This document shows, in pieces, positions 8,602 to 15,723 of a DNA stretch of 64,000 bases. The stretch lies in assembly GCF_000255295.1 (NCBI RefSeq), contig NC_017030.1, positions 6,166,328 to 6,230,327 on the forward strand, written 5' to 3'. The notes below the pieces were generated by a model. The model did no database searches. It was not told the origin of the DNA and was given only the letters and a program-made list of their open reading frames with translations. This stretch comes from Corallococcus coralloides DSM 2259 (GTDB lineage Bacteria; Myxococcota; Myxococcia; Myxococcales; Myxococcaceae). Position 1 is the first letter of the stretch; the number at the start of each line of letters is the position of its first letter. Made by a program: the position numbers and the translations under genes.

Positions 8602-9489
8602 CTACGCGAGCAGCGTGGCGTCCATCACGGTGAGCGCCACCCCGCCGACGCGAGCGCGCTCGATGTGGCCCGGCCGCCCGGTGACCTGGATGTCGATGCG
8701 GCCCGGCTTGCCGAGCGTGTCGCCCTGTTCGATGCGGCTCGACACCGTGCCGCCGTGCTCCGGGAGGCGAAGGCTCCCGTGCTCGGCGAGCCAGGCCGCG
8801 AGCGGGCCCGCGGCGGAGCCCGTCACGGGGTCCTCCAGGATGCCGAAGCCCGGGACGAAGTAGCGCGCCTGGGCCACGCTCCCCTCCTCCTTCGCTTGGC
8901 GGGTGAAGAGGTAGACGCCGCGCAAGCCGTGCGGCATCAGCAGCGCGTTCATCGCCGCGCCTCGCGGCGTCAGGGCCTCCAGGTCCGCGAGCCGCCGGAG
9001 GGGCACCACCAGCCGGTGCCCCTGGCGGATCACCGGCAGCGACGGATCCACCTGCGACGCGGTCCCGCCCAGCGTGGCCATCAGTGCGTCCAGGGCCACG
9101 GGGTTGGGCTGCGCGGGCGGCGGGGGCGTGGCGATCCACACCCGAGTCCCGTGCGTGCCCTGGGGCTCCAGCTCGATGCCGAACGTGCCGCCGGGGCACT
9201 CCAGCGTGTACGTCCCCGGGCTTCGCAGGAGCCCCTTCTCCGCGAGCAGGTGGAAGGTAGCCACCGTGGCGTGGCCGCAGAAGGGAATCTCATCCACGGG
9301 CGTGAAGTAGCGCAGGCGCACGGTGGTGTCGCCGGGCCGGGACAGCAGGAACGCGGTCTCCGACGCGCTGACCGCCGCGGCGGTCCGCTGCATCGTGGGG
9401 ACATCCAGCGCCGAGGCGTCGAGCACCACACCCGCGCGGTTTCCTGCACCGGCGGTGCGGGTGAAGGCATCGATGATGTGAACCTGCAT
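8602..9489 (-). CDS. PhzF-family phenazine-biosynthesis-like isomerase
   Basis: Motifs match the PhzF family: MQVHIIDAFT, GNRAGVVLD, and FCGHATVATFHLL. Confidence 0.8.
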   Translation of the reverse strand: MQVHIIDAFTRTAGAGNRAGVVLDASALDVPTMQRTAAAVSASETAFLLSRPGDTTVRLRYFTPVDEIPFCGHATVATFHLLAEKGLLRSPGTYTLECPGGTFGIELEPQGTHGTRVWIATPPPPAQPNPVALDALMATLGGTASQVDPSLPVIRQGHRLVVPLRRLADLEALTPRGAAMNALLMPHGLRGVYLFTRQAKEEGSVAQARYFVPGFGILEDPVTGSAAGPLAAWLAEHGSLRLPEHGGTVSSRIEQGDTLGKPGRIDIQVTGRPGHIERARVGGVALTVMDATLLA

Positions 9490-9632
9490 GGGCGGACTCC
9501 CGACGGGACAAGGGTCTGGGCAACGCCGCAGGCATGCTCCGCTCCACCGTTGGCGTCAAGCGCTGGACCGACGCACTGGAGCCCTCACATCAGGGTTGAA
9601 CAGGAGCGCGCAAGCAGGCACAGCAGTGGAGC

Positions 9633-10409
9633 ATGGGTTTCCTGAAGCAGGGTGGGTGGGTGGTGCTGGGGGTGTTGCTCCACGCGAGCGGCGCGGCGGC
9701 ACAAATCGTCAACGTGCAGGCGCTCTTCGACGAGAAGGCGGAGCCGGGGCCGGCCGCGGCCATCGAGCTGGGAGGCGACTGGCGCACGGGCAGCACGGAG
9801 CTGTTCTCCATCCGCGGCTCCCTGGTGGGCCAGCTGCGCTCCGACCGCGGCGTCTGGCTGGGCGTCATCCGCGGTGAATATTCGTTCGCCAGCGGTGAGC
9901 GCATCGTCAGCCAGGTGCTGGAGCACGTGCGCTACCGGCGACAGTTCACGGACATGGTGTCGGGCGAGGTCTTCACCCAGCACGAATACAACGAGTTCCG
10001 CCGGCTCCAGCTCCGGGCCCTGCTGGGCGCGGGTCCGCGCTTCATCCTGCTCAACGAGGAACGCCTGGGGTTCACCTTCGGGGTGGCGCTGATGATGGAG
10101 TACGAACGGTTGCGCAAGGACGGCGAGCCAGACGCGGGAGACCGCTACATGGACCCGCGAGTCTCCAGCTATCTACTGGCCCGGGTGAAGCTGATGGAGA
10201 ACATCAACCTCGTGGAGACGGTCTACTTCCAGCCGCGAGTCACCCGCCCCTCCGACCTGCGCGTGCTCAACGAGACGATCTTCGCGGTGACGCCCAATCC
10301 CCGCGTCACGGTGGGCATCGGCTTCAACCTCACCTACGACAGCGCACCGCCCGCGACGGTGCCGCCCCTGGACACGCAACTGCGCACCACGGTGGGCGTG
10401 AAATTCTGA
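9633..10409 (+). CDS. Secreted/outer-membrane protein, possibly DUF481 (YdiY-like) beta-barrel
   Basis: There is an N-terminal signal peptide, VVLGVLLHASGAAAQ, and the protein is about 258 aa. Alternating hydrophobic strands and a terminal F are typical of small outer-membrane beta-barrels. The family assignment is tentative. Confidence 0.45.
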   Translation: MGFLKQGGWVVLGVLLHASGAAAQIVNVQALFDEKAEPGPAAAIELGGDWRTGSTELFSIRGSLVGQLRSDRGVWLGVIRGEYSFASGERIVSQVLEHVRYRRQFTDMVSGEVFTQHEYNEFRRLQLRALLGAGPRFILLNEERLGFTFGVALMMEYERLRKDGEPDAGDRYMDPRVSSYLLARVKLMENINLVETVYFQPRVTRPSDLRVLNETIFAVTPNPRVTVGIGFNLTYDSAPPATVPPLDTQLRTTVGVKF

Positions 10410-10428
10410 GTGGGCGGCCAGAGGTTCG

Positions 10429-11706
10429 TCACAACAAACGTGTCATGGAGCACCAGAGGCGCACAGCCCATCGGCCCAAGCGGCTCAGTGCGCCGTGAAT
10501 CAGTCCGTCCTCCCCGCTCTCCGCGACGCGACCGTCTCCGCGGGAATCGTCGGGTAGCGACTCGGCCTGGAGGCCCCCCTCGGGAGAGGAAGCGCCCCAA
10601 CCTGACCGACGGTCGGATGAGTCGCTCAAGGCCGAGCCCGGCACCTCCCCCTCGGTCCACACCCCGCCTGGCTCGCCAGGATTGAGACTCGGAGCGGTAG
10701 GAAACAGCGCCCCGATGGCCGTCTCCATGGAGAGCACCGCCTCCTGGGAATGGGATTCAATCCCATGCGCGCCGGAGTCCCCAGCGGCAGGAGCAAGGCG
10801 GACGAGGCACGGTTCCTCCATGTGGGGACGCACCTCAAACGCCGTCTCCTGCACGGTGAATGGCGCACGGTCGCCAAGATCCGGCTCATTGACGCCAGGA
10901 CGTGCCCCCAGTGCCGTGTCTTGCGCGGGGGGTGATACTGGGACGCCACGGCATGCCTTCTGGGAGAGCGGGGCTTCGGGTGAAGCCTGCTCCTGGGGTG
11001 CGGGGGCAAAGGCGTTCAGCACGCGCTCGTCACATGCTTTCAGTAGCGCCGGCAACTCGTGCTGAAGCGCCTGCACGTCGCGCTCGTGCAGGATCGCCAT
11101 CACGCGGAAGGCCCACTCGCGCAGCGCCTCTCCGCCCATGAGCGGCAGCAGTTGGGCTGCGCCCCCCAGGAATGCCCGCTGCAGGGACTGAACGAGGAGC
11201 ACATGCCCGGGACGCTCCGCCACCCGCGCAGCCTGCCGCAGCAACTCGAACTCCACCTGCGCGCAGGTGGCCCCCGGCTCCCAGCGCGCCGCGTCCTGGA
11301 GCTGGAAGCACGTACTTCCCAGTCGGTCCAGGTCGAGGTGCGAGGCCCTCGCGCAGCAATCGGCCAGAAGCTCCAACAGCACCTGCCGTTTGAGGCTGAA
11401 GTAGCCCTCCAGGAGCCACCGGGCGTCCGGGTTGCTCGCGTCATGCAGCGCCAGGCCCAGGTTCTCCAGCGTCAGCGACACATCCAGCGCCACCGCGCGC
11501 GTCCTGCGTCCGGGGCGCTGCACCACCAGGCCCCTCGCCGCCAGCCGCCGCAGCGCCTCACGGATGGTGCCCCGGCATACCTCATAGCGACGCGCCAGCT
11601 TCGCTTCCGAGCCGAATTGCCCGCTCGGGTGCAGCCGCCCCAGCGCGATATCGCGCTCGATTTGCGCCTCCACATAGGCCACGAGTCCTCCCCGTCCCAT
11701 CCCCAT
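10429..11706 (-). CDS. GntR-family transcriptional regulator (winged HTH N-terminus; long low-complexity C-terminal extension, 3' end uncertain)
   Basis: The N-terminus, GSEAKLARRYEVCRGTIREALRRLAARGLV, is a GntR-type HTH. A helical FCD-like middle follows. The last roughly 180 aa are Pro/Gly/Ser-rich. Confidence 0.65.
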   Translation of the reverse strand: MGMGRGGLVAYVEAQIERDIALGRLHPSGQFGSEAKLARRYEVCRGTIREALRRLAARGLVVQRPGRRTRAVALDVSLTLENLGLALHDASNPDARWLLEGYFSLKRQVLLELLADCCARASHLDLDRLGSTCFQLQDAARWEPGATCAQVEFELLRQAARVAERPGHVLLVQSLQRAFLGGAAQLLPLMGGEALREWAFRVMAILHERDVQALQHELPALLKACDERVLNAFAPAPQEQASPEAPLSQKACRGVPVSPPAQDTALGARPGVNEPDLGDRAPFTVQETAFEVRPHMEEPCLVRLAPAAGDSGAHGIESHSQEAVLSMETAIGALFPTAPSLNPGEPGGVWTEGEVPGSALSDSSDRRSGWGASSPEGGLQAESLPDDSRGDGRVAESGEDGLIHGALSRLGRWAVRLWCSMTRLL

Positions 11707-11815
11707 TCCCCCTCCTCGTCACAGCATCGCCATCCAACCACAGGGGTCTGACATGGACGTGCGACCCCATTCTCATTGCCAGCCAGGAGGTCGCCCTCCG
11801 GGGCCGGACGGCGAG

Positions 11816-12026
11816 AAACTTGTCCGACAGTCAGACAGGTTTTCGCCACATGGAGCCCGCGAACTTGTCCGACTGTCGGACAGGTTTTAAGGCGACCGGG
11901 CCCCGGCGGGCACCTCTATCCCTGGCCTCGCCTGCGCGTCCGCGCATGCATGACGTCGCGTCCCCGCGAAGCAGCGCGGCCGTTGGGCTTCATGCGGGGA
12001 AGCTTGTCTGCCTGTCGGACAGGTTT
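11816..12026. promoter_or_regulatory. Three copies of a ~25-bp palindromic putative operator (cTTGTCCGAC-n-GTCGGACAGGTTT) in the GntR/proC divergent intergenic region
   Basis: The copies lie at about 11816-11843, 11861-11888 and 11999-12026. The middle copy, TGTCCGACTGTCGGACA, is a perfect palindrome. A GT-N-AC core is typical of GntR-family operators. Confidence 0.5.
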
Positions 12027-12197
12027 GGAATGTGCTGGCCCGGCGGGCGCCACGGCCGGTGGCGTCACCCTGGCATTTGTTGAGGCACACCCGCTCAGCC
12101 CGCCACTGTGCTCCACGGCGCGCGTCCTCGAGGGCAACACCCGAGCACGGATGCTGTTGGCAACTTCGGGTGGCCCGCATGAGGGTAGGCTTCAGCG

Positions 12198-13049
12198 ATG
12201 GCGTCCCATTCCATCCCCGGCCCGGTCGTCCTCCTGGGAGGCGGCAAGATCGCAGAAGCCCTCATCCAGGGACTGTTGCGGTCCGGCCATGTGCGTCCGT
12301 CGGACCTGCGCGTCACCGTGCGCCGGCCCGAACGTGGAGAGGAGCTGCGCTCCCGGCACGGCGTGCACGTCCTCATGGACAACGCGCAGGCAGTGCGGGG
12401 CGCGGGGGTGGTCCTGCTTGCGGTGCGGCAGGCGCAGCTGCGGGAGCTGATGGCGGTCATCTCCCCTGCCCTGGAACCGGGACAGACCGTGGTGTCGCTG
12501 TCCGCGGACGTGCGACTCGCGCAGTTGGAAGCGGCGTTGCCGTCCTGCGTCTCCGTCATCCGCGCCCTGCCCCATACGCCCGTGCGCGTGGGAGCGGGCG
12601 TAACGCCCCTGACGGCCGGGACCCGGGCGACGGAGGCCGCGAGGCAAGCCACCGAGTCCGTCTTCGCGGCGACGGGCCGGCCAATGTGGATGACCGAGGA
12701 AGCCCTCACGGTCTGCACGGGTGTGTGCGGCACGGGCCCCGCGTATGTCTTCCGCTTCGTGGAGACCCTGGCCCAGGCCGCGATGGCACACGGAATGGAG
12801 GCGGTGGAAGCGGCGGCGCTCGCCAGGGAAACGCTCATTGGCGCGGCGAAGCTGCTGGCCGAACCCGGTGCCACCACCCCTCGCCTCATCACGGAGATCG
12901 CGACCCCGGGAGGCATCACCGAGGCGGGGCTGAAGGCAATGGATGCCCACGGTCTGCCTCGCGTCGTGGGCGAAGCGGTCTCCGTCGCCATCCAGCGCAC
13001 CCGGGAGCGCGCGGACGCGAACGCCGCAGCCTACAACACTCCGAAGTGA
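12198..13049 (+). CDS. proC: Pyrroline-5-carboxylate reductase
   Basis: An N-terminal Rossmann fold is present, VVLLGGGKIAEAL. P5CR signatures are ALPHTPVRVGAGVT and TGVCGTGPAYVF. Confidence 0.9.
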   Translation: MASHSIPGPVVLLGGGKIAEALIQGLLRSGHVRPSDLRVTVRRPERGEELRSRHGVHVLMDNAQAVRGAGVVLLAVRQAQLRELMAVISPALEPGQTVVSLSADVRLAQLEAALPSCVSVIRALPHTPVRVGAGVTPLTAGTRATEAARQATESVFAATGRPMWMTEEALTVCTGVCGTGPAYVFRFVETLAQAAMAHGMEAVEAAALARETLIGAAKLLAEPGATTPRLITEIATPGGITEAGLKAMDAHGLPRVVGEAVSVAIQRTRERADANAAAYNTPK

Positions 13050-13714
13050 CGCTTGAGCCCCCGCTGGCCTCCAGGCGTGACGATGAGGCCGCGAGAGTCG
13101 CGCTGACGCTCCACCCATCCCAATGAGAACACCCGGGCCGCGAGCGCCGCGCCCAGCGCCCCCGCGAGGTGGTCTCGCCGCTCACTCCAGTCCAGGCACC
13201 GGTGGGCGAAGTGGCGCCGCTGCTCGCGGACGGACGCCAGGTCGATGCCGAAGTCCTGGAACCACGCCTCGCCGCTCGGGGTGAGCGCGAACGCGCGCTT
13301 GCGAAGGGACAGGTGCCCGGCCCGCAGGAGCGCGTCGGTGATGCCCATGCCCAACCTGCCCGCCAGATGGTCGTAACAGTAGCGTGCGGCCCTCAGGGGC
13401 TCCGGAGTCGCTGACACACGGGGTCCTCGGACCGCCACGGTCATCAGCGCTTCCACCATCCGCGCCACGGTGGGCGTGGCGATCCGGAACACCTTGTTGC
13501 GCCCCTGCCGGGTGGAGCGGACCAGCCGGGCCTGCTCCAACCGCTGGAGGTGCGCGGTCGCCGTCGCGGGGCTGACGCCCGTGCCGAACGCGAGTTCCTT
13601 CGCGACGAGCGCCCGGCCCTCCATCAGCAACTCCAGCATCCGGATCCGCGTGGCATCCCCCACGGCCGTGGCCAGCGTCGCGAGGTCCGGCCCTGCATTC
13701 ATCGTTCGTTCCAT
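13031..13714 (-). CDS. ArsR/SmtB-family HTH transcriptional regulator with C-terminal extension
   Basis: The HTH matches IRMLELLMEGRALVAKELAFGTGVSPATATAHLQRLEQARLV. The start was chosen at MERTMNAG. Its 3' end overlaps the proC 3' end by 19 bp in convergent orientation. Confidence 0.7.
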   Translation of the reverse strand: MERTMNAGPDLATLATAVGDATRIRMLELLMEGRALVAKELAFGTGVSPATATAHLQRLEQARLVRSTRQGRNKVFRIATPTVARMVEALMTVAVRGPRVSATPEPLRAARYCYDHLAGRLGMGITDALLRAGHLSLRKRAFALTPSGEAWFQDFGIDLASVREQRRHFAHRCLDWSERRDHLAGALGAALAARVFSLGWVERQRDSRGLIVTPGGQRGLKRHFGVL

Positions 13715-13777
13715 GACGAACCATTTCCTAGCACACGGACACGGCAACAGCAGCAGAGTGCCCGGCTGCGAGGACCG

Positions 13778-14899
13778 ATGACTCCACCGACCGACCCGTA
13801 TCAAGCCGTCACCCACCCCGACCCATACCCCTACTACGCGGAGCTTCGAGCCCGGGGCGGCCTGCACCGCGTCCCCGGCTTCGGGCCATGGATCGCGGCG
13901 GATGCGGCCACAGTCCGCGCGGTGCTCGCGAGCGAGCACTGCCGGGTCCGGCCACGGTCGGAGCCGGTGCCTCCGCATCTGGTGGGCACCGCCGCAGGGG
14001 CTCTCTTTGGACGGCTGGTGCGGATGAACGACGGAGGCCCCTACCCCGCCGTGAAACAGACACTTTCCAGTGCGCTGTCGTTGGCGCTCCGCGAGGTCGA
14101 AGCGGAGAGCCGCCGCCAGGCGGCATGGTTGTTCGCAACGCCCTCGCTGTCACGGCTGCCGGACGCCGCCCTCCAGCTTCCCGTGTTCGTGCTGGGGTCG
14201 CTGCTGGGCTTCCCGGAAGACACGCTGGAGGCGAGCGTGCGGGACGTGGATGCCTATGTCCGCTCGGTCGCCGGGCCCCCTGCTGGCAGCGAGGGTGCGG
14301 CGAGGCTGAACGAACGCGTGGCGGCCTGCTTCCAGTCCGCGGCGAGGACCGCGTTCACGGCCCGGTTGATGGAAGGCCACGGCGCGGAGGACCTGCGCCT
14401 TCCCAACACCGTGGGCCTGCTCACCCAGGCGTATGAAGCGACGGCCGGTCTGCTGGGCGCGACGCTGCGGGCCTTCGCTCGCATGCCCGAGCTGCGCGAA
14501 CAGCTCTCACGGGGCGGATGCACGATGGACGACGTGGTCCAGGAAGCGGCTCGTCACGATTCCCCGGTCCAGAACACGCGACGCTTCACCCATGCCGCCG
14601 CGCTCGTCGCGGGTCAGGCGCTGGAAGCCGGTGAGACCGTGGTCGTCGTGCTCGCCGCCGCGAATCGGGATCCGCTGGAGAATCCCCAGCCCGACGCCTT
14701 CCTTCCACGGCGCACGGGGCGCCAGACCTTCACCTTCGGCCTGGGCTTGCATGCCTGTCCCGGGCCCTCGCTCGCGACAACAATGGCCACGGCGGCGGCG
14801 GAGCGCGTGCTCGCGAGCGGCCTGGACCTGTCGCCGCTGTCGGGCCCCGTCACCTGGCGTGCTTCCACCAACACCCGCGTCCTGGGAGGACTGGAATGA
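13778..14899 (+). CDS. Cytochrome P450
   Basis: The heme-binding loop FGLGLHACPGPSLA matches FxxGxHxCxG. There is also an ExxR-like motif, EAARHDSP. The start is at MTPPTDPY. Confidence 0.85.
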   Translation: MTPPTDPYQAVTHPDPYPYYAELRARGGLHRVPGFGPWIAADAATVRAVLASEHCRVRPRSEPVPPHLVGTAAGALFGRLVRMNDGGPYPAVKQTLSSALSLALREVEAESRRQAAWLFATPSLSRLPDAALQLPVFVLGSLLGFPEDTLEASVRDVDAYVRSVAGPPAGSEGAARLNERVAACFQSAARTAFTARLMEGHGAEDLRLPNTVGLLTQAYEATAGLLGATLRAFARMPELREQLSRGGCTMDDVVQEAARHDSPVQNTRRFTHAAALVAGQALEAGETVVVVLAAANRDPLENPQPDAFLPRRTGRQTFTFGLGLHACPGPSLATTMATAAAERVLASGLDLSPLSGPVTWRASTNTRVLGGLE

Positions 14900-15240
14900 T
14901 TGCTGTCATCTTCGAGGTCTGGGCACACGAGTCGCATCGGCAGCGGTACCTGGATCTCGCGGCGGAGCTGAGGCCCCTGCTGGCGGACATCGACGGGTTC
15001 ATCTCCATCGAGCGGTTCCAGAGCCTCAGCGAACCGGGGAAGCTGCTGTCCCTGTCCTACTGGCGCGACGAAGCAGCGGTGGCGGAATGGCGGCGACTGG
15101 AGGCCCACCGTGAAGCCCAGCGCGAAGGCCGGGGAGGCGTGTTCAGCGACTACCGCCTGCGGGTGGCGCACGTGGTGAGGGATTACGGCTTGAAGGACCG
15201 GGCGGCCGTGCCCGCTGACAGTCGCACCGTGCACGGCTGA
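14896..15240 (+). CDS. ABM-family monooxygenase domain protein
   Basis: It overlaps the P450 stop by ATGA. ABM-like features are IAVIFEVWAHESHRQRY and SLSYWRDEAAVAEWRRLEAH. Confidence 0.65.
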   Translation: MIAVIFEVWAHESHRQRYLDLAAELRPLLADIDGFISIERFQSLSEPGKLLSLSYWRDEAAVAEWRRLEAHREAQREGRGGVFSDYRLRVAHVVRDYGLKDRAAVPADSRTVHG

Positions 15241-15323
15241 AGCGGCTGGCGCACGGCGGCTGTCTTCCCGCCCGTCCCTCCCATGCGGGCCATGACTCCC
15301 CCACCTTCTGTGGGGGGTGAACG

Positions 15324-15722
15324 ATGAAGCGAGGCCAATGGAGACGATGCTGGGGGCTGGCTGCCGCGCTGCTCGGGCTTCCGGCGGCGGCGCAACTGGA
15401 AGGCCCACCCGAGGGGAGTTCGCAATACTCCTGCTTCGAAGCGGCGCGCCAGGGCAGCTCGGTGAGTGAGACCATCGCGGCCCAGCTCTGCCAGGGTGCC
15501 CGTTCCGACACCCCGGCACAGTGCTTCCTCCGGGTGCAGGAGAAAGGCTTCCTCGCCGACCCGCAGGCGCTCCAGCTCTGCCAGTACGCCCAACCCTCGG
15601 ATGATCCCGCGTCCTGCTTCTTCAAGGCGCGGACATCCTCGTTCCTGGACGAGACACAGCTCCTGGAGCTCTGCCGCCCACCCATCGCGCAGATGCTGAA
15701 GATGTGTCCCTACGGGCCGTGA
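15324..15722 (+). CDS. Small secreted Cys-rich protein with three internal ~25-aa repeats
   Basis: A signal peptide is present, LAAALLGLPAAAQ. The QLCQ...DxPAxCF(L/F) motif repeats three times, and there are 8 Cys in 132 aa. Confidence 0.5.
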   Translation: MKRGQWRRCWGLAAALLGLPAAAQLEGPPEGSSQYSCFEAARQGSSVSETIAAQLCQGARSDTPAQCFLRVQEKGFLADPQALQLCQYAQPSDDPASCFFKARTSSFLDETQLLELCRPPIAQMLKMCPYGP

Positions 15723-15723
15723 G

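Noticed and set aside
8461-9645. 394-aa plus-strand ORF overlapping phzF
   Set aside because: It is antisense to a gene with clear PhzF motifs. Its composition is Arg/Gly-rich and the start context is poor.
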